A stretch of 64,000 nucleotides of DNA, from contig KV454018.1 in the NCBI GenBank assembly GCA_001661245.1, positions 377,944 to 441,943 on the forward strand, written 5' to 3'. Both the position numbers and the translations under genes were made by a program. The DNA comes from Pachysolen tannophilus NRRL Y-2460. Taxonomy: Eukaryota. Below are positions 1-10,519 of the stretch, piece by piece. How positions within the stretch are numbered: position 1 is the first letter of the stretch; each line of letters opens with the position of its first letter. The notes below the pieces were generated by a model. It did no database searches and had not been told where the DNA came from. It saw only the letters and a program-made list of their open reading frames with translations.

Positions 1-88
1 AAAACAACACACACANACACACACACACAACAAAAAANAAAAAAAAAAAAAATAAGAAGAAACCAATTTTTCTGTATAGATTAAGGGG

Positions 89-1855
89 ATGCTAATTCAG
101 TTTCGAAAATGGTATCTCAAACCTGATTGGAGTTTTCAGTTAAGTAGAGGTGGGCGTCGTTTTATACACCATGACCCAGGGAAATGGAAATCACAATGGC
201 AATGGCAATCGCAATGGCAATGGCAACGGCGGTTAGCAGTGGGGGAACAAAGAGGTTCTTTTGTAGGTTCTCAATTAATCTTGACGGGATTAAGTCTATG
301 TATAGGTTCAATAATTACAATTATTTATTACAAGAATAAGAATTTAATAAATAATGGCTCTTCTTACTTGACGTCATCAACAACGCCGTTAGATATCTTA
401 TTGTCCCCAAAATATGCAACAAAGGAGGAAATTGATATTGCGATAAGAGAGTTTATTCAGATTGTTGGTGATGACCACGTTTCTTGCTTAGAAGGAGATC
501 TTGAACATCATAGTGATTCTTTTTATAATGCTCACAAGGCTTTAAAAACTCAAAAACCAAGAGCTATTGTATATCCTTCTTGTACTCAAGAAGTTTCACT
601 GGTTATGAAAATATGTCATAAATATCATATTCCTGTTGTACTGTTTGGTGGTGGTACATCAATTGAAGGTCATTATGTAAATACTCGTAATGGTATATCT
701 CTAGATTTATCAAGAATGGATAGAATCTTGGAGTTTAATAAAAATGATTTGGACGTAGTGTGTGATGCAGGAGTTGGTTGGCAAGATTTAAACGAATTTT
801 TATCTCCTCATAACTTGATGATTGGTGTTGATCCTGGCCCTGGGGCACAATTAGGAGGAATGACATCATGTAATTGTAGTGGTACAAATGCATTTCAATT
901 CGGAACAATGAAAGAAAACGTCATTGGATTGGAGGTTGTACTTGCAGATGGTACAATTATCACCACTAGGCAACGTCCAAGGAAAACTTCTGCAGGTTAT
1001 AATTTAACAGGATTATTTATTGGATCTGAAGGAACTTTAGGTATTATTACAAAAGTTAAATTGAAAGTACATGTTAAACCGGAAAATGAAGGTATTATAG
1101 AAATCCAATTTGAATCAATTGAAGATGCAACAAATTCAGTTAAAAATTTGATACAAAAAAATATTAAATTAAATGCTATTGAACTTTTAAATAATAAAAT
1201 GATGCAAAGTTTAAATTTATCAAAACAATTACTGCATATTTATGAAGAAAAGGCAACACTTTTTTTAAAAATATCAGGTGCATCTCCATTAATTACAAAA
1301 GAAACAATAAAGCAAATTAAATTTGTAATTACAGATAACAATGCAACTTATTTTAAAGTTGCTACTAATGATTTAGAAAAACAAGAAATTTGGTCTGCTA
1401 GAAAATTAGCATTATGGTCAGCAATTCAATATGGGAAATCCGTCTTGGGTAATGACGCTCAAAGTATTTCCACTGATGTTGCAGTTCCGATATCAGACTT
1501 ACCGGAAATTATCAAGTTGACTGAGCATGACATTGAACAAACAGATGTAGTTGGTGTTATTGTTGGACATGTTGGAGATGGGAATTTCCATTCGTGCTTG
1601 AGTTTCAACCTGGAAAATGAAAAAAAAGCATGGGAAATTGCAGACAAGTGTGTTGAAAGAGCTGTTATTCAATTCCAAGGTACTTGTTCTGGTGAACATG
1701 GTATTGGATACGGTAAACGTAAATATCTAGAGTTGGAATTAGGTTCCCAAACAATTGATTTGATGAGAAGAATTAAAATGGCTCTTGATCCATTACGTAT
1801 TTTAAACCCAGATAAAATCTTGAAAATCGATCCAGCAGATATAGGTGAACACTAA
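89..1855 (+). CDS. DLD1: Mitochondrial D-lactate dehydrogenase (cytochrome), FAD-binding oxidoreductase/transferase type 4
   Basis: GGGTSIEGH, DPGPGAQLGGM, GSEGTLGIIT, GHVGDGNFH and SGEHGIGYGK motifs; basic N-terminal presequence followed by a TM segment. Confidence 0.9.
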   Translation: MLIQFRKWYLKPDWSFQLSRGGRRFIHHDPGKWKSQWQWQSQWQWQRRLAVGEQRGSFVGSQLILTGLSLCIGSIITIIYYKNKNLINNGSSYLTSSTTPLDILLSPKYATKEEIDIAIREFIQIVGDDHVSCLEGDLEHHSDSFYNAHKALKTQKPRAIVYPSCTQEVSLVMKICHKYHIPVVLFGGGTSIEGHYVNTRNGISLDLSRMDRILEFNKNDLDVVCDAGVGWQDLNEFLSPHNLMIGVDPGPGAQLGGMTSCNCSGTNAFQFGTMKENVIGLEVVLADGTIITTRQRPRKTSAGYNLTGLFIGSEGTLGIITKVKLKVHVKPENEGIIEIQFESIEDATNSVKNLIQKNIKLNAIELLNNKMMQSLNLSKQLLHIYEEKATLFLKISGASPLITKETIKQIKFVITDNNATYFKVATNDLEKQEIWSARKLALWSAIQYGKSVLGNDAQSISTDVAVPISDLPEIIKLTEHDIEQTDVVGVIVGHVGDGNFHSCLSFNLENEKKAWEIADKCVERAVIQFQGTCSGEHGIGYGKRKYLELELGSQTIDLMRRIKMALDPLRILNPDKILKIDPADIGEH

Positions 1856-2102
1856 TAGAATAGTTTAAAGAAATGTATAGTTTTGTATAATATATTATAA
1901 ATATATATAAACGCTTATTTTCTCGTTTTTTTTTTTATTTTTCAATTTATCGCGTTCTTTTAGGAAAAGTAAACAAAATCATAAATATACATAAATAATA
2001 TAAAGATTAGATGAATTGAAAAGATTTTGGAAGTCGCATCGATTAGATGATATCGGCGTAGCTAAAAGAAGAAGAAGGAAGAAGAATAGAAGAGGGAAAA
2101 CC

Positions 2103-4829
2103 ATGGGTGACGAGTATATGCCGGACATTTCCAAAATAGAATGCAACAAGGAAAATATTGATGTTGTAAGAACTCCTCTGAGAAAAGTTAGCGATGATGA
2201 TGTACAAGAAAATAGATTAAAAACAGAAAGACTGTATTTTGAAAATATGATAAGAGATACTTCAGATTTGGATGATCCATTAGATCCTTATTTGGAATAT
2301 ATAAATTGGACTTTGGCTAATTTCCCACCCGATAGTCGTTTACAAAGTGGGTTAATTGATTTATTACAAAAATGTACGCATGATTTCAAAGATGATTCAT
2401 TATATAAAAATGATCCAAGATATTTAAAAGTTTGGTTAGAATATATAAAATATTCTGAATCTCCAATAGAAATATTTACATATCTTTATAAGAAAAAAAT
2501 TGGTTTAAATTTATCATTGTATTTTGAAAATTTTGCAAATTATTTGGAAAAAATAGGTAATTTTAAAAATTGTTCAGAAGTTTATAAAACTGGATTAGGA
2601 AATTTAAATGTTAGACCATATCAAAGATTAATAAACAGATATGTTGATTTTAAAGAAAGATTGAAAAATTATGAAAGAGAAGGTGCATTAAGTAAGGACG
2701 AATCTCCAATATTTGGTAATTTAGCGTTTAGTAGATCTTCATCAGAATCTTTGGATCAGATTCAAGAACCTGAATTGAAAAGACAAAAGTTAACAAATAA
2801 TAGTAAATCTATAGCAAAACCAATTTTTAATAATGAAGAATCAAACAAGGTCTATAAAATTATCAAAGTACCGGGGAAAAAAGATGAAAGATGGGATATA
2901 AACTTGGATTTATTATATCCGGAAAATGATGATGAGTATTGTTTAGAGGAAATATTATTGATGTCCAGAGGTTTATATTGTGTCAAATTAGCAGAAACTG
3001 AAATTTTTGAAGAAAAAAATGCATTGAATGATGATATTCTTCATATTTCACCTGAAAAGCAACCAGAACAAAACGTTAATGGATCCAGGCCTCCATCACC
3101 TACAATGACTATGTTCTCCAGAGCAGCTACTGATGAAGTTCTAAATATGTTTAATCAGCCATTATCTGAGGAAATAGAAAGTTCTCGTGAAGTCAGTGAT
3201 ATTAAAGATGACCGATTTGCTCAACTGCATCTACTTTCTTCTGAAAAATCTGAATCAGAGCTTGAGTCGGAGCACGATCATGAGCATGAGCATGAGCATG
3301 AATCCGGGAAAACTAAGGCATCTCCACAAAGGAATTTAATAATGAGAGCTGATATACTGAATGAACTGAATGGAATGCCCGTTTGTTCCAGAGGGAGTGA
3401 AGTGGGACGACAAGATTCAGCATCGGTACAGGAAACACAAGAAGATTATGTTCCTTCTACTCCACATAACAGGCGAATTATTGCAAATAATAATAGTTCT
3501 ACCATACGAAGGACCAACTTGATTCCTTTTATGACACCTATTACTGAAAGAAGTGAAAATAATAATGATTACGAAACTGAATATTTACACAGCTCCCCAT
3601 TTGTTGAGCAACCAAATCAATTGTTTGAAACTAAAACCGACGAAAAATCAGATGTAGTTATTAATCCATTGGATGATTCGGTAAGATTTAAACTATTGAA
3701 TAGCCTATCACCACCATTGTCATCATACGAAGGATATAAAACGTACTATAAATCAATCGATAAATTAAATACTTTGAAAAAATTCATTAAATCAAAAACA
3801 ACCTCTTCTCTGAAAGCAAGTTCTTTAGTTGGTAGTAAAAATTCGATGATTGAGTTTGATGAAGATTTATATTGTATCAGGGAAGAATTAGGAGAAGGTG
3901 GTTATGCCACGGTTTATTTAGCGGAAAGTTTAAACGGCGAATTAAATGCAATTAAGATTGAAAAACCTTCCAATCCTTGGGAATTTTATATTTTAAAAAC
4001 AATTGAAAAAAGATTAAGTGAGTTTAACAAAGAATCCTTATTGAAATCAATCATAAAACCTAAGTGTGTTAAAATATATCAGGATGAAGGATATTTGATG
4101 TTGGATTATGTAAATCAAGGCACCATATTAGATGTCGTTAATATATTCAAATCATCCCAAAATCATTTGAATGGAGCTATGGATGAAAAACTTGTTGTCT
4201 TTTTAACTATTGAACTTTTGAAAACCGTCGAAGCACTACACGAAATTGGTATAATTCATGGAGATTTGAAGCCTGACAATTGCATGATTAGATTTAAAGA
4301 GGTTCCAAAGGATTCGAAATGGAATTCAGAATATGATGCAAATGGTAATAATGGCTGGTCTTTTAAAGGAATCACTGTCATTGATTTTGGCAGAGCCATC
4401 GATATGAAGTTATTCCCAGACAATGTTCAATTCAAATCCAATTGGGAAACTGATAATCAAGATTGCCCAGAAATGGTTAATAACGAAACTTGGACTTACC
4501 AGACTGACTATTTTGGATTAGCCAACATAATTCATACCCTCTTATTTGGAGAAACGATTGAAATAATAAAAGACACAGACGGACTTTATGTTTTGAAGAA
4601 TAAATTTAAAAGATATTGGCAAAAGAATACATGGGAATCTTTGTTTTCTATTTTATTAAATAGCAAAAGAAAATCCCGTAATGAAAAATTGCCAATTTTC
4701 AAATTATTGAAAAATTTTAGAGAAATTTTTGAAGACTGGTTAAAATCAAACTGTAATAATAATGGTAATCGCTTGAAGGAAATGATAACCCAACTTGAAA
4801 TCGAGTTAAATAAAAAAAGATCAATTTAA
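2103..4829 (+). CDS. BUB1: Spindle checkpoint kinase, Bub1/Mad3 (MadBub) family
   Basis: N-terminal KEN box (NKENI), TPR domain (DDPLDPYLEYINW, YKNDPRYLKVW), GLEBS-like EYCLEEI, PPSPTMT, C-terminal kinase (LGEGGYATV, IHGDLKPDN, IDFGRAID). First ATG is 2103; the ORF track starts at TTG 2016. Confidence 0.9.
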   Translation: MGDEYMPDISKIECNKENIDVVRTPLRKVSDDDVQENRLKTERLYFENMIRDTSDLDDPLDPYLEYINWTLANFPPDSRLQSGLIDLLQKCTHDFKDDSLYKNDPRYLKVWLEYIKYSESPIEIFTYLYKKKIGLNLSLYFENFANYLEKIGNFKNCSEVYKTGLGNLNVRPYQRLINRYVDFKERLKNYEREGALSKDESPIFGNLAFSRSSSESLDQIQEPELKRQKLTNNSKSIAKPIFNNEESNKVYKIIKVPGKKDERWDINLDLLYPENDDEYCLEEILLMSRGLYCVKLAETEIFEEKNALNDDILHISPEKQPEQNVNGSRPPSPTMTMFSRAATDEVLNMFNQPLSEEIESSREVSDIKDDRFAQLHLLSSEKSESELESEHDHEHEHEHESGKTKASPQRNLIMRADILNELNGMPVCSRGSEVGRQDSASVQETQEDYVPSTPHNRRIIANNNSSTIRRTNLIPFMTPITERSENNNDYETEYLHSSPFVEQPNQLFETKTDEKSDVVINPLDDSVRFKLLNSLSPPLSSYEGYKTYYKSIDKLNTLKKFIKSKTTSSLKASSLVGSKNSMIEFDEDLYCIREELGEGGYATVYLAESLNGELNAIKIEKPSNPWEFYILKTIEKRLSEFNKESLLKSIIKPKCVKIYQDEGYLMLDYVNQGTILDVVNIFKSSQNHLNGAMDEKLVVFLTIELLKTVEALHEIGIIHGDLKPDNCMIRFKEVPKDSKWNSEYDANGNNGWSFKGITVIDFGRAIDMKLFPDNVQFKSNWETDNQDCPEMVNNETWTYQTDYFGLANIIHTLLFGETIEIIKDTDGLYVLKNKFKRYWQKNTWESLFSILLNSKRKSRNEKLPIFKLLKNFREIFEDWLKSNCNNNGNRLKEMITQLEIELNKKRSI

Positions 4830-4979
4830 AGATTTTCGAAAATGAAAATTATTATTTACTCATATATTAATAGGTATGAAATTTTTTAAAATAAACTGTT
4901 GTATAGTATACAAGAGAAGAAGAGAAGGATAAAATTTAATTAAAAAATAATGAGAAATAACAGTCATGTAAAAGGCGTT

Positions 4980-6818
4980 TTAGTCTGTCTTTCCTGTCAA
5001 TTTCTTCTTGAACAATTGAATTCTTGTTTTCAATTTCGAAATAATACTAGATTGACCAACTATTTCATCATATTCTTCCACACTTAAAACCCTTTTGATC
5101 AACATGTTAAACAATGCACCAAAAATTAATGTCATTATGGTAGATGTCAATATAATAACATTATAAGGCATACTGAAGTCAGGTGTTGGTAAAGTTAATA
5201 ATAACGATGTTGTTCTTAACTGATAAACTTCTTTCCTACTTTCATCTAAAACTGTAACAACAGCAGGATCAATATCAAATCCATGATTAGCATCTGGAGG
5301 ATACTCGGCATATAATAGTAATGATTTGTCAAATTGATAAGTTATGGTGACGGTAGAATCTGCGGGTATCATTAATGTTAACTCTAAATGAGAGGGCTTT
5401 GACCTATCTTTTTCTGGTTTATAGTAAACATTTTTAATAACTTTATTCTTCTCGTCAAATTCTGAATTTATAATATGATAAACATTTTTAGTCTTGTTAA
5501 TATTATTCACAATTGTCAATTCCATAGTATGTAAATAAACTCTCATATACCAAGGCATTGTTTCAAAATAAATCAATTCAGTTTCTGTGGAAGAAGGATT
5601 TTGGAAAATTGTTCTAAAACCCCCAGAATCTTGAGAATAACCTGTTAGTGACCTTGATACAGTGATTGGAATTGGTTCCATTGGAGGTAACTTTGTAGAA
5701 TCACTTGTTTCAAATTTAATATCATAGTTATAAGCTGCATCTTCCAATTCAAAACAAGTCCCATAGCTATCTGTTAAGACTTTTGGTTCTAAAAACGTTA
5801 GATCATCATTTTTTTTCTTTATTCCTGAAATTTTCCAGTAATTTTCATCAACGTTGGCCATGCAAACTCTACTTTGTCTTTCACTAATATATATTCCACC
5901 GTTGATATCTTTTCCAAATAGTGTTTCCAAGTCCCATTCATAATTAACTGGTTCATCCAATGGGAAACAATGATAGATATCAGACTTCTTTGTTGGATCA
6001 CAACGTAACTCTTCCCCTGGGATTGGCTTTGGAATTTGATTAATATTCTTGGATAATTTCTTGGGAATATTCACAACCAAATTTATCTTAATATCCATTT
6101 CATAAATCAAAGTTTGATCTTCCTTCATCCGTTTGATAATATCAATCGACATAGAATTCCATTCAGCATCAAATACTTTATGGCCATCGAGCAATGAAGA
6201 AATACCTGCTTTACCTCTCGTAGGCAACAATTTCAAAAAAGGAGTCAAATTCTCTGTACACACAGGTTCTCTAGGTAACGCACTTCTTAATAAATAAGAA
6301 GTATTATTATTATTATTATTATTGATATCAATCGTAGAATTGGATGAGAAACATGATCTAGGGAAAGTTGTTGTTGAACTATCAATAAAATTTAAAGAAG
6401 CACAAAAAAAGGCAGACAATGAGTTGGCCAATATTATCCAATTCTGGTATACTTCATCCTTCGTATCACCATTCATATTGGCCCAAACTTCAACACCTGT
6501 ACCTCCAGATTTGAACCCATCAAAGGGCAATCTCCCCCATATTTCATGGTCCCAAAAACCTTGAGTAAATCTTAAATGTAACTCCTGCGTATTTGTCGTC
6601 TCCAACAATGGTCCCAACGATGAAGGAAATATATCATAGTGATTGATATCAGTTCTATTCGATATTATACCATTTGAAGTAAGTTTGAAATTGAATGAAG
6701 AAAGAATATTGTTTCTTAGTAATGGCTTCAATTCTAAATACTCATCATACGTAGAACACTCCACCAATGCCATGAAACCACCTACTAATAAGTAGAACAA
6801 CCCTCTTGATAGCAACAT
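4980..6818 (-). CDS. GPI16: GPI transamidase subunit Gpi16/PIG-T
   Basis: Signal peptide, FCASLNFID, LPREPVCTENLTPFLKLLP, EYPPDANHGF, LPTPDFSMPYNVIILTST, C-terminal TM and KKxx-like tail. Confidence 0.95.
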   Translation of the reverse strand: MLLSRGLFYLLVGGFMALVECSTYDEYLELKPLLRNNILSSFNFKLTSNGIISNRTDINHYDIFPSSLGPLLETTNTQELHLRFTQGFWDHEIWGRLPFDGFKSGGTGVEVWANMNGDTKDEVYQNWIILANSLSAFFCASLNFIDSSTTTFPRSCFSSNSTIDINNNNNNNTSYLLRSALPREPVCTENLTPFLKLLPTRGKAGISSLLDGHKVFDAEWNSMSIDIIKRMKEDQTLIYEMDIKINLVVNIPKKLSKNINQIPKPIPGEELRCDPTKKSDIYHCFPLDEPVNYEWDLETLFGKDINGGIYISERQSRVCMANVDENYWKISGIKKKNDDLTFLEPKVLTDSYGTCFELEDAAYNYDIKFETSDSTKLPPMEPIPITVSRSLTGYSQDSGGFRTIFQNPSSTETELIYFETMPWYMRVYLHTMELTIVNNINKTKNVYHIINSEFDEKNKVIKNVYYKPEKDRSKPSHLELTLMIPADSTVTITYQFDKSLLLYAEYPPDANHGFDIDPAVVTVLDESRKEVYQLRTTSLLLTLPTPDFSMPYNVIILTSTIMTLIFGALFNMLIKRVLSVEEYDEIVGQSSIISKLKTRIQLFKKKLTGKTD

Positions 6819-7060
6819 TCAGGCCATATAATATATTTCTATATCTCTATAGCTCTATATCTCTATAAATTGCTCAAGAAATTGTTAGTTGTTGATTTGT
6901 CGTTTTATCTTATTAATAAACAGTGTTTTCCTTTTTGAAAAATTTTTGTAAACTATTTTTTTTTTATTAGCAAAAGATAACTCAATAATTAAATATCAAA
7001 TTCAAGAATATTTGAGGCCAAAAAAAGATATCGATTTATCAGTAGATTATTAGCCAGAGG

Positions 7061-10000
7061 ATGTCATCGCTCATACCGTTAGATCGGAATGATGAGAATG
7101 GGGTTTCTAAGAGAGCTGGACAGTATACAATTCCTAAGAAGTTTCAAGATGAGTTATTGAAAAGTGGTGAAGATTTTGATCCTTTGGATAATAGAGAATC
7201 AAATAAGACGGTGGCTGGGAAAGAGTCTGATTATCAAAGGCAACGATATAACGTCAATTTGGATAATAAGTCGTATAAGGAGTTGATGGAAGAAAAAGTA
7301 TTGGAAGATGAAGAGAAAAGAGTTCATCTGTTGATACAGCAAAAGGAAAAGGAAAAGGAAAATGACAATGACAATGAAAATGAAAATGAAAATGAAAATG
7401 GAATTGGAATTGGAAAAGACGACAAAGTGGAAACTGCCAGAAAAAGAAGAAAGAGGAGATGGGATGTGACTGAAGAGGATAAACTTAAGGAAAAAATGGA
7501 AGCTGAGACCAAGAAATCGAGGTGGGAAGAAGAAGCTCGTCCTAAACTTAATTATCCAGTGATAAATGGTATTCCATTAACAAATGAAATATTGGACAAG
7601 ATTTTGCCTGAAGGTTATGAAATCTTAAGAGTACCAGCTTCTTATAAACCAAATGAAGATGTGCTGCCGGATTTTGTTGATTCTTTGGAAACTGAAAATA
7701 ATCTTGGGTATATGATACCTCAGGAAAGCACTCTTGGTACTGAATATTTGAAGCTGAATATTCAAGCAGATGTTCCAAAAGATTTACAATTTTTAAAAGA
7801 TCATGACGTTAAATATTTTGCATCGACTTTGGGTGCAATGACTAAGGAAGAGAAAAAAGGTTTATCATTAGATGAACAGAAAAAGCGAAGATTGATAAAA
7901 TTAATTTTAAGAATCAAAAATGGTTCACCACAAATCCGTAAACAGGCAATGAGGTCTTTGACTGATAACTCAAGATATTTTGGTTCTAAACTATTATTTG
8001 ATCAAATTTTACCCTTATTAAAAGAACCAACTTTAGATGATCAGGAAAGACATTTATTAGTTAAAGTTGTTGATAGAGCAATGTATAAATTGGATGATTT
8101 AGTCCGTTCAGACACTAGAAGAATATTAAACGCTATAACTCCATTATTAACAGATGAAGATTATTTCTCTAGGGTTGAAGCAAGAGAAATTATCTCAAAC
8201 TTGAGTAAAGCTGCTGGTTTGTCACACATGATTGCTACATTAAGACCTGATATTGATTCATCAGATGAATTTATCAGAAATATAACTGCAAGGACTTTTG
8301 CAATTGTAGCAAATGCTTTGGGAATACAATCATTGTTACCTTTCTTGAAAGCTGTTTGTCGCTCGAGAAAAAGTTGGCAAGCAAGACATACCGGGATCAA
8401 AATTGTTCAACAAATTGCTATATTAATGGGTAGTGGTATATTACCGCATTTAAATGGATTGGTTGAATGTATTAGCCAAGGTATGGAAGACGAACAATTG
8501 AATGTCAGAACTATAACGGCTATGGCCTTGGCATCTTTAGCTGAAGCTTCTGCCCCTTATGGTATCGAATCTTTTGAAGGAATATTAGAACCTTTATGGA
8601 ATGGCATCAAGAGACATAGAGGTAAAGCATTAGCGACTTTCTTGAAAGCTATCGGTTTCATCATCTCATTAATGGATCCAGAATATGCTAGTCACTACTC
8701 TAAAGAAGTGTTTCAAATATTAATCAGAGAGTTTTCATCTCAAGATGAGGAAATGAAGAAGACATGTTTAAAGGTTGTTCAACAATGCTGTTCAACAGAA
8801 GGTATCAGTAAATCATTTTTAATTGATAAAATTTTAGATGATTTTTTCAAAAACTATTGGCAGAGAAGAGTTGCAATGGATAAAAAAATTAATAAAATTT
8901 TGATTGAAACTACTTATCATCTAAGTATAAAATGTGGTGTTTCTATTATCGTTGATAGAATCTTAATATACTTGAAAGATGAGAATGAAATTTTTAGAAG
9001 AATGACAATCGAAACAATCGATGAGATTGTTTTAAACTTAGGATCTTCGGATCTATCTGATAGGTCAGCTGAGTTGTTATTGGATGGTATTGTATTTGCT
9101 TACCAACAGCAATCATTGGGCCAAGATGCCGTTATTTTGCATGGTTTTAGTACGATTGTTAATTCTTTGGGAATTAGAATTAAACCACATTTACAGGCTA
9201 TTGTCAGTGTTATTTTATTCAGATTGAAAAATAAAAATCCAGAAAATAGGCAACAAGCTGCTGATTTGATATCTTTAATTGTCCCTGCACTTAGAAGTTG
9301 CCACGAAGAGGATATGGTTGTAAGACTTAGTGAAATTCTTTATGAATCATTAGGTGAAGTATATCCTGAAGTTTTAGGATCAATACTTAATGCTTTAAAA
9401 TCCATTATTTTAGCTGTAGGTATTGAAGATATCAATCCTCCTATAGGACAAATATTACCTACTTTGACGCCTATATTGAGAAATAGACATGAAAAAGTTC
9501 AGGAAAATGTCATCCAATTGATAGGTATTATAGCGGATAAAGGCTCAGAATATATAAATGCAAGAGAATGGATGAGAATATGTTTTGAATTATTGGAAAT
9601 GTTGAAATCTCCTAAAAAGTCAATCAGAAAATATGCAAACAAGACATTTGGGTTCATTGCCAAAGCAATTGGTCCTCAAGATGTTCTAGCTACTTTATTG
9701 AATAACTTAAAAGTTCAGGAGAGGCAATTAAGAGTTTGTACTGCTGTGGCCATTGCCATTGTTGCTGAGACTTGCAAACCTTTCACGGTAATTCCTGCCT
9801 TGATGAATGAATATCGAACTCCTGATAAGAACGTTCAAAACGGTGTTTTGAAATCATTGAGTTTTATGTTCGAATATCTTGGTGATTCAACTGTAGAAAA
9901 AGAGTATATTTATTCATTGGTTCCATTGTTGGAAGATGCGTTAACAGATAGAGATCAAGTTCACAGACAGACGGCCTCAAGTGTTGTAAAACATATGGCC

Positions 10001-10336
10001 CTAGGCTGTATTGGCGACGGAGTAGAGGAAATTTTTATACATTTTTTGAACTTGATACTACCGAATATTTTTGAAACTTCACCTCATGTGATTGAGAGAA
10101 TATTAGAAAGTATTGATTGTATCAGAAATAATATAGGAAATGGGATATTAATGAATTATTGTCTATCAGGTTTGTTTCACCCTGCGAAAATGGTTAGGCA
10201 GCCATACTGGAAAGTTTATAATAGCATGTATGTGCAGAGCTGTGATTCTATGGTCCCTTATTACCCCGATTTCGATGACGAGATTATTCAGGAAGATGGC
10301 CATAAAAAGATTGAAGAATTGGATATATGGCTTTAG
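7061..10336 (+). CDS. HSH155: U2 snRNP splicing factor SF3b subunit 1
   Basis: LDDQERHLLVKVVDR, SWQARHTGIKIVQQIAIL, REWMRICFELL HEAT repeats; N-terminal RWD/RWE motifs. Confidence 0.97.
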   Translation: MSSLIPLDRNDENGVSKRAGQYTIPKKFQDELLKSGEDFDPLDNRESNKTVAGKESDYQRQRYNVNLDNKSYKELMEEKVLEDEEKRVHLLIQQKEKEKENDNDNENENENENGIGIGKDDKVETARKRRKRRWDVTEEDKLKEKMEAETKKSRWEEEARPKLNYPVINGIPLTNEILDKILPEGYEILRVPASYKPNEDVLPDFVDSLETENNLGYMIPQESTLGTEYLKLNIQADVPKDLQFLKDHDVKYFASTLGAMTKEEKKGLSLDEQKKRRLIKLILRIKNGSPQIRKQAMRSLTDNSRYFGSKLLFDQILPLLKEPTLDDQERHLLVKVVDRAMYKLDDLVRSDTRRILNAITPLLTDEDYFSRVEAREIISNLSKAAGLSHMIATLRPDIDSSDEFIRNITARTFAIVANALGIQSLLPFLKAVCRSRKSWQARHTGIKIVQQIAILMGSGILPHLNGLVECISQGMEDEQLNVRTITAMALASLAEASAPYGIESFEGILEPLWNGIKRHRGKALATFLKAIGFIISLMDPEYASHYSKEVFQILIREFSSQDEEMKKTCLKVVQQCCSTEGISKSFLIDKILDDFFKNYWQRRVAMDKKINKILIETTYHLSIKCGVSIIVDRILIYLKDENEIFRRMTIETIDEIVLNLGSSDLSDRSAELLLDGIVFAYQQQSLGQDAVILHGFSTIVNSLGIRIKPHLQAIVSVILFRLKNKNPENRQQAADLISLIVPALRSCHEEDMVVRLSEILYESLGEVYPEVLGSILNALKSIILAVGIEDINPPIGQILPTLTPILRNRHEKVQENVIQLIGIIADKGSEYINAREWMRICFELLEMLKSPKKSIRKYANKTFGFIAKAIGPQDVLATLLNNLKVQERQLRVCTAVAIAIVAETCKPFTVIPALMNEYRTPDKNVQNGVLKSLSFMFEYLGDSTVEKEYIYSLVPLLEDALTDRDQVHRQTASSVVKHMALGCIGDGVEEIFIHFLNLILPNIFETSPHVIERILESIDCIRNNIGNGILMNYCLSGLFHPAKMVRQPYWKVYNSMYVQSCDSMVPYYPDFDDEIIQEDGHKKIEELDIWL

Positions 10337-10519
10337 TATTTGGAGTTTTAAAAATTGGTTATTAGCTTGTAATTTTACTTATATGTAATATAGATCATTT
10401 TATTTTTAAATTTTCTTCTTCCTAATACTAATATACTTAATGAATACGTACATATGCAAATGTTGTCCACAATCCTGTAATTGTTTATGTTTAACACAAA
10501 TTTTGCTTAAAAGCACGCC

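Noticed and set aside
1..55. (AC)n/poly-A at the window start as a possible telomere
   Set aside because: Simple microsatellite with ambiguous bases, followed directly by housekeeping genes; no subtelomeric features
2016..2102. Basic N-terminal extension of Bub1 from TTG (similar TTG/GTG starts are called for RPP1, CSL4, VMA7, DPC29 and TCD1)
   Set aside because: The ORF finder used alternative start codons; the first ATG matches the expected N-terminus and there is no evidence for non-AUG initiation
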